Shown here: piece after piece, positions 30,134 to 40,809 of the stretch
How the letters are laid out: the number at the start of each line of letters is the position of its first letter
Numbering within the stretch: the first letter of the stretch is position 1
Assembly (NCBI GenBank): GCA_038230375.1
Contig: JBBRNJ010000012.1
Coordinates: 32,001 to 96,000, forward strand
DNA: 64,000 nucleotides
Source: Polyangiales bacterium
Lineage (GTDB): Bacteria > Myxococcota_A > Polyangia > Polyangiales > Polyangiaceae
Reading direction: 5' to 3'
The notes under the pieces: generated by a model
Seen by the model: the letters and a program-made list of their open reading frames with translations, nothing else
What the model was told of the DNA's origin: nothing
The model's database searches: none
Program-made: the position numbers and the translations under genes

Positions 30134-33100
30134 CGTGCACCTTGCTGGAAGACGAGCCGCTGACCCAGCGCGCGATCCGCCTCTTCCGCGAACGCGCGGA
30201 GCTGCGCGTACTCGGCGACGGGGATGCGCGTCTTGTCGATCGTGGTCACGGTCTTCACGTGATAGGCGCCCTGCGCGTCCTTCTCCACGGTCACCTTCAC
30301 GCTTCCGTAGACGCTCTTCACTTCGGCTGCGGCGGGTGTGTGGGTCACCTTGGCGTTCGCCGGCAACCGGATGATGAACTCCGTCGTGTCAGTGGTCCTC
30401 GCGGAGATGCGGACGTCGCGCTTGCGCTGCGAGAGCGGCGTGTAGTCACGGACGAAGTGCTCACGCGGACCAGCCGCCATGCTTCGTGCGTCCCCGTCCT
30501 TGCGCGCGAAGTCGGGGGCCTTGCCCTTGGCGTGAAGCGTTGCGGGCGCCTCCACGTTCTCCAGATCGTTGGTCTCTGCGAGGGAGAGCTCGAGCTGCGG
30601 GAACTCGCCGGAGAGATCCTCCTGCGCGCGCTGCTTCTTGGTGTCCGACGCGTGGTAGCGCTGGCGGAACGCGCTGCCGGACACGCCCTTCGCTTCCACC
30701 TTGTAGTCCACGTTCACCGCGCCGTCCGCGAGCACGCTGGTGTCCACGATGCGCTTCACGTTGCTCGCCTCCGCGGGTGGCTCCGGAATGTGGACCAGCT
30801 TCGGCTTGCCTTCGTTCACCAGCAGCGCGAGCGAGCCGCGGTCCATGCTCGGCAGCTCGTCGGAGCCGGTGTACTCGGCGGTGCCGTCCAGGAAGAGGTC
30901 CATGGACGGCACGTATGCGATCGCGTGATCGAACGGCGCCAGACTTGCCGGGTCCGTATCGAAATCACCGCGCTGCCCCGTCCGCACGATCACGATCGTG
31001 GCGGGAATTCCCGCTTCCTTGAGCATGGTGACGATCAGCGTTGCCTTGTCCTTGCAGTCTCCGAAGCCGCGCGAGAAGATCTGCGCGCAGCGATACGGCT
31101 TGAAGCCATGGATGCCGAACTCTAGCGCCACGTAGCGCGTCTTCTGCACGACGTAGTCGTAGATGGCGTTGACCTTGGCGCGAGAGTCGGTGAGGCCCTT
31201 CGTGATCTCCGCCACGCGGCGTCGCACCTCTTCGTCTGCCGTGAACTGATCCTTCACGAGGCCCCAGTACCAGGCACCCATGTCGTCCCACGACTTGAAG
31301 GTGGACACGTGGATGTGGGCCATGGCCTCGGCGGTGGGCGGCGCGTAGGCCTCGGACGGGAGGGCCGGGACGTTGTCGGCGCTCCACTTGTAGATGCGCG
31401 TGTCCGCGGTCTCGGAGACCTCTTTCTTCAGGTTCGGGACCTTGCCGTCGTTCATGAAGAACGTGCGGGCCTTGGGCGTGATGAGCACGTAGTCCGCGCG
31501 GAACGTGGGCTCGTCGTCCTGCATGTAGCGGACCTCGCCGAAGTAGTCGGCGAACTCGTTGCGCTGCGACACGTCCTCCACGCGGTAGAGGAGCTCCACC
31601 ACGTCGCCGGGGTACAAACGGGGAAAGTGCACGTAATAGACGCGCTGGCTCGTGTACGTGGCGATCGTGGGGTTGTCCGCGGGGCCGTCGCCGGTCTCCG
31701 CGGCCTCCTCGATCTGACCGTTCTTGCGGTACACGCGCGCGCCACGCAGCTGCACGGTCTCGGAGTCGGCCTGGTAGCCGAACGCGTACTCGCGCGCGCT
31801 CGCGCACTCGGCGTCCGTGAGCGGCTGGAAGACCAGCTGGTGGAAGCGGCTCGCGAGGCCGTTCGCGAACACCGTGGTCACCTGCAGGTTCTCGAGCGTG
31901 CGGCGCGAGAAGCCCTCGGGCTTTGCCTCCCGCCTTGCCAGGAACTCCGTGGAGGGCCGCGCGTAGGCCTCGTCCGCGCGCTTCTTCTCCGGCTCCGCGT
32001 GGGCCAGGTACTCGCGGATGTCCTTGGACTGCGGGCGCAGCTCGAGCACCTTTCGCAGGAGCCGCAGCTGGTCGTCGGTCTGGCCGCCGAGCGCATACAC
32101 GTTCGCGAGCGCCGTCATGGACTCGACGTCCTCGGGCGCCAGCTCCAGCGCGCGCTTGTACATGGCGATGGCGCGCGGGCGCTCACCGAGCGAGATGAAG
32201 AACCGCGCGCCGGTGCTGAGCGTCTGCGAGCTGTCCGGGTTCGCCGCGACGAAGCGCTCGATCCACCGCGCAGCGGCCTCGTGATCGCGTTGATCGATCG
32301 CGAGATCGATCTGGTCGCGCAGGAACGAGCCGTCGTCGAAGCGCAGCGCGGCGTAGCGGGTCTCCGCGCGCGCGGCCTCTGCCGTGCGGTTCTGGTCACG
32401 CAGCGCCGCGGCAAGCGTGCGAAGCAGCGCCACGCTCTTCGGGCGTCGCTCGAGCGCGCGATAGATCAGGCCCAGCGCCGTCTCGTGCAGGCCCGCGGTC
32501 TGGAACAGCTCGATGCGTGCGAGCGTGGCCGGCACGTTGTCGCGGTCGAGCAAGAGCACGCGATCGTAGTAGGGGATCGCATCGCGGAAATTAGCGCCCT
32601 CGCGCAGGTGACCCGCGCGCGCGAGCAGGACCAGGATGCGGTCCTCCGCGGACGTGGCGGCATCCACCTTCGCCTCGGCCTTCTCGATCCACGAGGCGCG
32701 CTGATTCTTGTCCTCGGCCAGATCGCCGGCGAGGAGCAGCCGCTTGATCGTCGGGGCCTTCTCCGCGGACTTCCGCGCCAGATCGCGCGCAAGGTGCTCC
32801 GCGGGATCGTCGGACTGCGTGAGCACCAGATAGCGCGCGTACGCCTCCTGCGCGGCGGGATCGTTCCCGGCGATCAGGCGCTCGAAGCGCGGGACCGCGC
32901 CCTCCGTTGCGCCGGTCTTTGCGGCCTTCGCTCCGGCATTGGCGGGCGGCGCGGGCGGCGCAGGCGGCGCAGCGGTTGCTGCGCGAACGTCCGTCTTCTT
33001 GAAGCGCTGCGCGGCTGCCTCTTGCGCATGCTCGACGTTCGCTTCGCTCGCGAGGTGTGCGTCCGGGCTGCCATCACGGCTGGCGAGGCGCAGCGAGAAC

Positions 33101-33969
33101 ATCGAAGCGGCCTCGTCCCCGCACAGCTTCACGGTGAGGCGGTTCCACCCCGGCTTCAGCGTGACCTCGACCCCGAAGCGCTCCGCATCCAGGTCGCGGT
33201 ACTTCTCGTCGCGCATGACCTCTGCGCCGTTCCAGAAGACCTTGAACGCGCCCGCGGCGCCCATCCACACGGAGATGGGGCGAGGGCCCACCGGATTGGT
33301 TGTATCATGCACGAATGTGGTCGCGTACGTGCAGACCTTCTCCGCTGGGCGCACCCAGGCACCGGCGTCCACCCAGCCGTACGGCGATGCGCTCGGGGCC
33401 AGGCGCCACTTCACGGGGCGCTCCTTGCCGTCGTAGCTTCGGCCCAGGTTGAGCGGCTCCGCGACGTCCTCCTCGGGACCGAACGGGCGGCTGAGGCCGG
33501 TCTTTCCCTCGTTGTCGAAGGGGCCCACGTTGAGCCAGCTGCCCACGTAGCCGAGCTGCCTCACCTTGGCCTGCGCGCCATCGAGATCGCCGCGGCGCCT
33601 TCGTGCATATGCGGAGAGCAGCCCGGCGTATGCGCGGGTCGCCGGATCCGCGCGCGTGCTCTGCGCGACTGCGCCCAGCGCGGCCTCGATGCGAGCGGGG
33701 TCCACGTCGTCCCACCGCTGCCATAGCCGCCTGAGCGATACGTACGAGAGCGGCGCTCCCGTTTGCTCCGCCTCGGCGGTGAGGTCGGCGACGATGCGTC
33801 CGCCGTCCGATACCTCCGCGCGTGCCGGCGCCTCACCGAGCTGCCCGAAGGAGCTCGAGAGGCCAATCACCGCACCCAGAACCCAGCCACGGGAAAGCTT
33901 CACGGGGAATGTTTTTACACTACTCCGGGCGGTCCCCAGGCTGGAATTCAGCGCTATCGTGGTACACAT
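30130..33969 (-). CDS. Secreted TPR + DUF3857 + transglutaminase-like protein
   Basis: Signal (ARA); WLNVGPFDN beta-sandwich; TPRs; FPRLYPGDVVE; RYVALEFGIHGFKP, GFGDCKDKA, PFDHAIAY, FLDGT (Cys-His-Asp). The true start is probably a few codons downstream. Confidence 0.85.
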   Translation of the reverse strand: MCTTIALNSSLGTARSSVKTFPVKLSRGWVLGAVIGLSSSFGQLGEAPARAEVSDGGRIVADLTAEAEQTGAPLSYVSLRRLWQRWDDVDPARIEAALGAVAQSTRADPATRAYAGLLSAYARRRRGDLDGAQAKVRQLGYVGSWLNVGPFDNEGKTGLSRPFGPEEDVAEPLNLGRSYDGKERPVKWRLAPSASPYGWVDAGAWVRPAEKVCTYATTFVHDTTNPVGPRPISVWMGAAGAFKVFWNGAEVMRDEKYRDLDAERFGVEVTLKPGWNRLTVKLCGDEAASMFSLRLASRDGSPDAHLASEANVEHAQEAAAQRFKKTDVRAATAAPPAPPAPPANAGAKAAKTGATEGAVPRFERLIAGNDPAAQEAYARYLVLTQSDDPAEHLARDLARKSAEKAPTIKRLLLAGDLAEDKNQRASWIEKAEAKVDAATSAEDRILVLLARAGHLREGANFRDAIPYYDRVLLLDRDNVPATLARIELFQTAGLHETALGLIYRALERRPKSVALLRTLAAALRDQNRTAEAARAETRYAALRFDDGSFLRDQIDLAIDQRDHEAAARWIERFVAANPDSSQTLSTGARFFISLGERPRAIAMYKRALELAPEDVESMTALANVYALGGQTDDQLRLLRKVLELRPQSKDIREYLAHAEPEKKRADEAYARPSTEFLARREAKPEGFSRRTLENLQVTTVFANGLASRFHQLVFQPLTDAECASAREYAFGYQADSETVQLRGARVYRKNGQIEEAAETGDGPADNPTIATYTSQRVYYVHFPRLYPGDVVELLYRVEDVSQRNEFADYFGEVRYMQDDEPTFRADYVLITPKARTFFMNDGKVPNLKKEVSETADTRIYKWSADNVPALPSEAYAPPTAEAMAHIHVSTFKSWDDMGAWYWGLVKDQFTADEEVRRRVAEITKGLTDSRAKVNAIYDYVVQKTRYVALEFGIHGFKPYRCAQIFSRGFGDCKDKATLIVTMLKEAGIPATIVIVRTGQRGDFDTDPASLAPFDHAIAYVPSMDLFLDGTAEYTGSDELPSMDRGSLALLVNEGKPKLVHIPEPPAEASNVKRIVDTSVLADGAVNVDYKVEAKGVSGSAFRQRYHASDTKKQRAQEDLSGEFPQLELSLAETNDLENVEAPATLHAKGKAPDFARKDGDARSMAAGPREHFVRDYTPLSQRKRDVRISARTTDTTEFIIRLPANAKVTHTPAAAEVKSVYGSVKVTVEKDAQGAYHVKTVTTIDKTRIPVAEYAQLRAFAEEADRALGQRLVFQQGAR

Positions 33970-33975
33970 GGTCGT

Positions 33976-34986
33976 GTGACAGCGGCGGAGAAAGAGGTCT
34001 CCGGCGTCCGTGAACCGGCGCCGAGCGGGGGGCTACCACCAGAGGAGCCCGTGCGGAAAGAGCGCGGCGCGCTCCGCGGCATCATCAAGACGATGCGCCC
34101 ACACCAGTGGGTGAAGAACCTCTTCGTGCTGGCGCCCATGTTCTTCGCGAAGGATCTGGTGAGCACCAACGCCGCGGGCAAGCCGCAGCTCGACCTCGAG
34201 ATCAGCGTACGTGCGCTCGCCGGAACGGCCGTGTTCTGTCTGCTCGCGGGCGCCGTCTACACCATCAACGACCTGGTCGACGTCGAAGCGGACCGCGTTC
34301 ACCCCGTGAAGCGCTTCCGCCCCATCCCGAGCGGCGCGGTGCCCGAGAACCTCGCGCGCGCGGCCGCCATCGGCCTGGTCGTGCTGTCGCTGGGCATGGG
34401 CGTGCTGCTGGACAAGATGTTCGCGCTCGTCGCGCTCGTCTACTTCGTCGAGAACATCCTCTACTCGTTCAAGCTGAAGAACGTGGCATTCCTGGACGTG
34501 GGGCTCATCTCGTTCGGCTTCGTGCTGCGCGTGGTCGCAGGCGGCTATGCCACGGGCACACACGTCAGCAGCTACATGCTCGCGTGCACGGCGCTGCTCG
34601 CGCTATTCCTGGGCTTCGGCAAGCGCCGTCACGAGCTCGCGGGAGAGCATGCAGGGAAGCAGCGCGCGGCGCTCAAGGCGTATTCAGCCAATGCGCTGAA
34701 CGTCGCGCTCGCGCTCACGGGCGCGGCCACGGCGGTCGTATACGTCGCGTACACGCTGGACCCCATCACGGAGGCGTTCTTCCAGAGCAAGTACCTGTGG
34801 ATGACCGCGCCGTTCACGGTGGCCGGGATCGTGCGCTTCTTGATGCTGGTCTCCGGCAAGGCTGGGCGCGGTCGCCGTGCGGAGTCGCCCACGCAAGAGA
34901 TGCTGCGCGACGTGCCGTTCGTGCTGAACCTGGTGCTGTGGGTGATCGTGGTCGCGGCGCTCGTCTACCGGCTTCGTCCAGGCTGA
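33976..34986 (+). CDS. UbiA-family decaprenyl-phosphate phosphoribosyltransferase-like protein
   Basis: MRPHQWVKN, YTINDLVDVEADRVHPVKRFRPIPSG, YSFKLK, GFVLRVVAG, FGKRRHEL, SPT...D. The start is uncertain (GTG 33976 or ATG 34093). Confidence 0.85.
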   Translation: MTAAEKEVSGVREPAPSGGLPPEEPVRKERGALRGIIKTMRPHQWVKNLFVLAPMFFAKDLVSTNAAGKPQLDLEISVRALAGTAVFCLLAGAVYTINDLVDVEADRVHPVKRFRPIPSGAVPENLARAAAIGLVVLSLGMGVLLDKMFALVALVYFVENILYSFKLKNVAFLDVGLISFGFVLRVVAGGYATGTHVSSYMLACTALLALFLGFGKRRHELAGEHAGKQRAALKAYSANALNVALALTGAATAVVYVAYTLDPITEAFFQSKYLWMTAPFTVAGIVRFLMLVSGKAGRGRRAESPTQEMLRDVPFVLNLVLWVIVVAALVYRLRPG

Positions 34987-34996
34987 GGGAGGCCGC

Positions 34997-37048
34997 GTGC
35001 CCCCGAAGAAGGTCGCGAAGAAGAAGGTCGCGAAGAAGGCCAAGATCGCGCCTGCGCGCGTCGACTGGGCAGCGCTTCGCATGCTCGACGGCAAGGAGGG
35101 AAAGCGCATCCAGGTGGTGATGCGTGATCTCTCCAAGGAGGGCGACAAAGCCAGCTTCGCCAAGGGAAAGATCTTCGCAGCCATTGTCGGCCAACGCCCC
35201 GCCACCGTGGACGACATCAGGACATGCAGCGCCGCGCCGCCGACGCTGAGCGCGCTCATTCGGCTCGCGGGTGACCCTGTGTACCCCGAGCGTCACCGGC
35301 TGCTTGCCTTGGCGCACGAGCTGCTGCGCTTCGGCTACACGCTCAGAACTGACGATCTCGACCGCGGGTTCGATCGCGGGCGATCCCCGTGGCGAGAGGC
35401 CTACGACACCACGCTCGGCGCGGCAGTCTACGGCGCCGCGCGTGACAGCTTGCCAGCGCTGATCGCGCTGCTCGATGACGCCGATCCCCAGGTGCGCGCC
35501 AACGCGACCGCGATCCTGGGCAGCCTTGCGGACTGCGCAGCAGAGCTAGCGCCCATCCTCTCGGCGCGGATCGAGGTCGAGAAGAGCCCCGCAGCAGGCG
35601 CCAGCAATGTCATCGCGCTCTACTACCTGGCGCGCTTCGCCGAAGGAACCTCTCACGCGGCGACGACGAAGAGCGTCATCCTCGCGGCGCTCGAGCGCGC
35701 CATCACGCCGGCCACGCAAGCGGAGCACCCGCTCGTTCGTGGGCTGGCGCTCGTCGTCACGACGTTGCTCCGACCAACGCCAGGTTCGCTGACGGTGCCA
35801 GTCGGCGTTGACGCCAGCGCCATGCTCCGCGAGATGCTCCTCGGGCTCGTCCCCTACGGAACGCTGCCTGGCTATGCGAACCTTCTCGAGCCATCGACGG
35901 TGTTCGGCTGGGAGTTCAACGTCGAGTTCTGGGCGCTGCATCTCCTCGGCGACGAGCGCCTCGGTCTTCGGCCCTTCCTCACGGAGGTGTTGATCGACAC
36001 GGCGCGCGCGCTGGAGGCGGTTTCCTGCGGCCTCCTCGCTGGCCACGCCGTGAGGTTCGTCCTCTTCTGGCACCTGCGTGCGCGCGACCAGGAGCTCGGG
36101 CTCGTCTCGGCGTCCGATCTCTCGCAGACGCAGCTCGCGCTTGTGACGCGCCTGTCCGAGATCGACACGCAAGGACCCTTCGCGGAGTACGGGCTCAGCC
36201 CCGAGGCGCGCTCACGAAGGCGCCAGCTCGGGATCGATCCTGCGGGTCCGCTCGAGCGCGTCGTCGTGATGCCCGCCCTCACCGGCGCCAGTGGCTGGCC
36301 GATCTGGCGGATCGTCTTCGAGCTGCTCATCACGAGGGAACAAGGATGGTCCGCCGTACGCGCAGCGATCACCGCCGCGGCTCCCGACCTGACCCCGCGA
36401 GACTGGCTCGACATCTGGTTCGAGTGTTTTGCTTACAAGGGGAAAGGCGGCGGCAACATGGGCCCGATCCATTACGCCTACGGCGTGCTGTGGATGTATA
36501 GCCAGGACGCACTGCCCGAGCTCCTGGCCAGCCTGGGCGACGACGGGCGCATCGCGTGGGCGACCTTCTGGCATGCGCGGCTCCGTCGCTGGCCGACGCT
36601 GCTCGGCGTAGCGAGCTGCCTGATCCTCGGCGAGCTCGTTGTCCGCCGCCTTGGCCCCACCTCCGAGCTCCCCGAAGAATTCGATCAAGACGTCTGTCCC
36701 GGCTTCGGCATGCCGCTGCGCGAAGTCTGCGAGCGCATTCCCGCGCCGCGCCTCACCCGCCTGATCGAGCGGCTGGTGAAGGCGAACGAGATGAGCGTGA
36801 CGACCGCAAGCACACTCGTCGACCTCGCGCCGGACGCGCTGACCGTGCTCTACGAAGATCTCGAGCGTCGCAAGGGCGGCGAGTACGTTCGGGCGTCCGA
36901 AGGCCGCGTCATGAACGACGACGGTGAGTTCCTCGCGCTGCTGAAGCGGGATCCTCGCGTGCGTAGCGTCCACGACGCGTACATGAAGCGGCCACCACTC
37001 CCGGATCAACCGAAGGTCGCGCGCCGCGACATGACGCTCTGGCCCTGA
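34997..37048 (+). CDS. Hypothetical protein with Lys-rich N-terminus and a HEAT repeat
   Basis: SD GGAGG; PPKKVAKKKVAKKAK; LIALLDDADPQVRANATAILG. The ORF fills the gap between neighbours. Confidence 0.6.
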   Translation: MPPKKVAKKKVAKKAKIAPARVDWAALRMLDGKEGKRIQVVMRDLSKEGDKASFAKGKIFAAIVGQRPATVDDIRTCSAAPPTLSALIRLAGDPVYPERHRLLALAHELLRFGYTLRTDDLDRGFDRGRSPWREAYDTTLGAAVYGAARDSLPALIALLDDADPQVRANATAILGSLADCAAELAPILSARIEVEKSPAAGASNVIALYYLARFAEGTSHAATTKSVILAALERAITPATQAEHPLVRGLALVVTTLLRPTPGSLTVPVGVDASAMLREMLLGLVPYGTLPGYANLLEPSTVFGWEFNVEFWALHLLGDERLGLRPFLTEVLIDTARALEAVSCGLLAGHAVRFVLFWHLRARDQELGLVSASDLSQTQLALVTRLSEIDTQGPFAEYGLSPEARSRRRQLGIDPAGPLERVVVMPALTGASGWPIWRIVFELLITREQGWSAVRAAITAAAPDLTPRDWLDIWFECFAYKGKGGGNMGPIHYAYGVLWMYSQDALPELLASLGDDGRIAWATFWHARLRRWPTLLGVASCLILGELVVRRLGPTSELPEEFDQDVCPGFGMPLREVCERIPAPRLTRLIERLVKANEMSVTTASTLVDLAPDALTVLYEDLERRKGGEYVRASEGRVMNDDGEFLALLKRDPRVRSVHDAYMKRPPLPDQPKVARRDMTLWP

Positions 37049-37137
37049 GGTGGGCTCGGGTCCACCCCGTTGCAGCCGCCACCAATAAAGTGGCGAACGT
37101 GGGCGATCGTAGCCATGATGTGACGACGAGAGCCTAG

Positions 37138-37932
37138 ATGAGCGAAGCCGCCGCGGTCGTCGTCCCCGAAAAGAAGCGCTTCTCTGCATTCCGCGCGAAG
37201 CCGGATGCATGGGTGGAGCTCGGGCTCACGCTGCCGATCTTCCTCGTCTACCACCTTGGCGTCATCTTTCTGGACACCAAGAACGGCACGGACTTCGTCA
37301 CGGGGCAGATCCTGGACCTCGCGCACGGCGGCACTGCTGTGTACCTGGGGATCACGCTCGCCATCGGGCTCGCGTTCACGATCCCGTTCGTGCTGCTCGC
37401 GCGCGGTCAGATCTTCCACCCGCGCAAGTTCATCCAGATGGCCATCGAAGGCACCGTGTACGCGACGGTGCTCGGCCTCGCCGTGCCCAAGGTCGTGGGC
37501 TTCCTTCTGGATGTCGGCAGCAAGGACGTGAAGCCGGAGGCCGGCATGTTCTCCGGCTTCATCTCGTCGCTCGGCGCGGGCTTCTACGAGGAGCTGGCGT
37601 TCCGCGTCGTGCTCTTCGGCCTGGGCGGCAAGGCGATCGTGTGGCTGCTCTCCAAGGAGAAGCCCTCCGTGCTTGCGGCGCAGTCCGCGACGGAGAGCGC
37701 GCTCTCCATGCGCACCGTCGGCATGCTGCTCGCGTGGGCGGTGATCTGCTCCATGCTCTTTTCCGGCATGCACTACGTGGGCAGCCTGGGTGACTCGTTC
37801 CAGGTGCGCTCCTTCGTCTACCGTTGGCTCTTCGGTCTGGCGCTCACGCTCATCTTCTCGACGCGCGGCTTCGCCGTGGCCGTGTGGACGCACGCCATCT
37901 ACGACATCTGGGTCCTGGCGCTGAAGGGCTAG
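37138..37932 (+). CDS. CPBP (CAAX protease/Abi) family intramembrane glutamic/metallo-protease
   Basis: Multi-TM; YEELAFR, FSGMHY, HAIYD. Confidence 0.85.
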   Translation: MSEAAAVVVPEKKRFSAFRAKPDAWVELGLTLPIFLVYHLGVIFLDTKNGTDFVTGQILDLAHGGTAVYLGITLAIGLAFTIPFVLLARGQIFHPRKFIQMAIEGTVYATVLGLAVPKVVGFLLDVGSKDVKPEAGMFSGFISSLGAGFYEELAFRVVLFGLGGKAIVWLLSKEKPSVLAAQSATESALSMRTVGMLLAWAVICSMLFSGMHYVGSLGDSFQVRSFVYRWLFGLALTLIFSTRGFAVAVWTHAIYDIWVLALKG

Positions 37933-37933
37933 C

Positions 37934-39169
37934 TCAGCTGGCAGCAGGCTCGGGCGTCGAGGACTTGGGCGACGCAATGAGGCGTGTCGCGAGTCCGAGC
38001 GCGATGAGCATGCCTATCGCCGCGGCCCAGTAGGGCGCCGTCGGGGAGAGCTCCTTGTAGAGCAGGCCGCCGATCGCAGGGCCGAAGACGCGGCCGAGCG
38101 CCGCCGCGGACTGGTTCACCCCGAGCACCCCGCCTTGCTCCGAGTCACCCGCGCGCTTCGACACGTACGCAGCCACCGACGGCTGTGTCAGCCCGTTGCC
38201 GAGCGCCAGCGTGCCGCCTGCCACGTAGAGCCCCCAGAGGCCCACGCGCGGCGACAGCGCGACCATCGCGAAAGCGATGCCCTGGATCAACGTGCCCGAG
38301 CGGATCATGAATGTATCCTGCACGCGTTTCGAGAGCGGGCGCACGAGCCCTCCCTGCACGAGCGCAGCGACCACGCCGATGAACGTGAAGACGATCCCGG
38401 TGCCGACCTCCGTGAGGTGGAACTTGTCCTCGTTGAAGAAGCGAAACGTCTGGTCCAGGCTCGCGAACGCCACCGTGAGCATGAAGTTCACCATCACGCA
38501 CGAGAGGACACCGGGCCGCGCGAACGCATCCCTCATGGCGGCGACATTGAGCGGCGTCAGCGAGCGCGGCTTCTGCGAGCGCTTCTCCACCGGCAGCGAC
38601 TCTGCGAGGCGCGTCCACACCCAGAGGAAGTTCACCAGGCTGAGCCCCGCGGCCACCAGGCACGGGACCGCGCCCTTGTGCCCGAGCACCACGATGGGGG
38701 AGAGCAACCCGCCGAGCGCCGGGCCCACCACGAAGCCAAAGCCAAAGCCCATGCCGATGAGCCCCATGCCGCGCGCGCGGTTCTCCTTCGTGGTGCAGTC
38801 GGCGATGTACGCGCTGGCGGTGCCCAGGTTCGCAGTGGCGACGCCGCTGAAGGCGCGGCATGCAAAGAGCGCCCACACGCCTATATGCGTCGCAAGCGAC
38901 CCGCCCAGGAGCAACATGCCGAGCGACGTCGCCAGCACGCTCCACAGCAAGACTGGCCTGCGCCCTACGCGATCCGACAGGCGGCCCCACACGGGGACGA
39001 AGAGGAACTGCATCAGCGAGTAGATGCTCGAGAGCAAGGTCCCCGTGCTCTCGCTCGTGCCGTACTCCGCGCGCGCGATGGCGGCCAGGAATGGGAGCAC
39101 CAGCGAGAACCCCAGCACGTCCAGGAAGACGGTGAGGAAGATGGCGCCGAGGGAGGGCTTACGCGTCAT
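37934..39169 (-). CDS. MFS transporter, TetA/DHA1-like
   Basis: About 12 TM segments; FLDVLGFSLVLP, GRLSDRVGRRPVL, AYIAD, GFVVGPALGG. Confidence 0.92.
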   Translation of the reverse strand: MTRKPSLGAIFLTVFLDVLGFSLVLPFLAAIARAEYGTSESTGTLLSSIYSLMQFLFVPVWGRLSDRVGRRPVLLWSVLATSLGMLLLGGSLATHIGVWALFACRAFSGVATANLGTASAYIADCTTKENRARGMGLIGMGFGFGFVVGPALGGLLSPIVVLGHKGAVPCLVAAGLSLVNFLWVWTRLAESLPVEKRSQKPRSLTPLNVAAMRDAFARPGVLSCVMVNFMLTVAFASLDQTFRFFNEDKFHLTEVGTGIVFTFIGVVAALVQGGLVRPLSKRVQDTFMIRSGTLIQGIAFAMVALSPRVGLWGLYVAGGTLALGNGLTQPSVAAYVSKRAGDSEQGGVLGVNQSAAALGRVFGPAIGGLLYKELSPTAPYWAAAIGMLIALGLATRLIASPKSSTPEPAAS

Positions 39170-39187
39170 CGGTTCGCCGCGGACTTA

Positions 39188-39933
<746 letters not shown>

Positions 39934-39937
<4 letters not shown>

Positions 39938-40809
39938 GGCACGGCCCTGATCGCACGCGCGAGCGACTCCACGCCGTCTGCGATCCGCGGGCCTGGGCGC
40001 AGCACAGCCTCGTCCCCGAGCGAGGCCACGTGCCCCTCCTTCACGGCGCGCACGTTCTGCCAGCCCGCCGCGTCCTTCGTGATGGGTTGACCGCCGTGCG
40101 ACTCCGCGATGGCCGCGTTGACGATCACGTCGGGGTCCATCGCGATCACGGTCTCGAACGAGATGGACGGATATGCGCCGCCCTTCTTGACCACGTTCTC
40201 CGCGTTCACGCGCGCGAGCATCTCGTTCGGGAATCCCTCGGGTCCCGCAACGACCACCGGGCGCAGTCCGAACACCATCATCACGCGCACACGCGGCTTC
40301 TTCTTCTCGCTCGCCTCCAGGACGGCCAGTTTGTCGCGCATCGCACGCACGACCTCCGCCGCCTCGCGCTCCTTGCCCGTTCGCTCCCCAAGGCCCGTCA
40401 GCATCAGCGCAATTCCATCCACCGACTCCGTCTCCGGAAAGTACGTGGCGATCCCGCGCGCGCCCAGCGTGTCCACCAGCGAGCGCCCCATGGGCCCGCG
40501 CGCGCCCACGACGAGGTCGGGTGACAGCGCAAGGATCGCCTCCACGCTCGGGTCCGTGTAGCCACCCACCTGCGGCAGCTTCAGCACCTCGGGCGGATAG
40601 TCGCAGTACCGCGAGCGCCCGACGACCACGTCCTTCGCGCCGATCGCATACAGCGTCTCCGTGGTTGATGGCGAGATCGAGACCACACGTCTTGCGATCG
40701 TCCTCTGCGCGGCGCCTGCGTCTTCGGCCGCGATCTTCGTCTCGGTCTTGCAGGACGCGACCACGAGCGCGCACAACCACACGCCGAGCGCGAGTCGCGC
40801 GCGCATCAT
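39934..40809 (-). CDS. BtuF/helical-backbone ABC substrate-binding lipoprotein (cobalamin/Fe-siderophore class)
   Basis: Lipobox VASC; RVVSISPSTTETLYAIG, VVGRSRYCDYP, VGGY, EAILALSPDLV, RPGPRI. Confidence 0.85.

Noticed and set aside
37049..37137. Possible tRNA or sRNA in the intergenic gap
   Set aside because: Only a short hairpin is visible; there is no cloverleaf, T-loop or CCA pattern.
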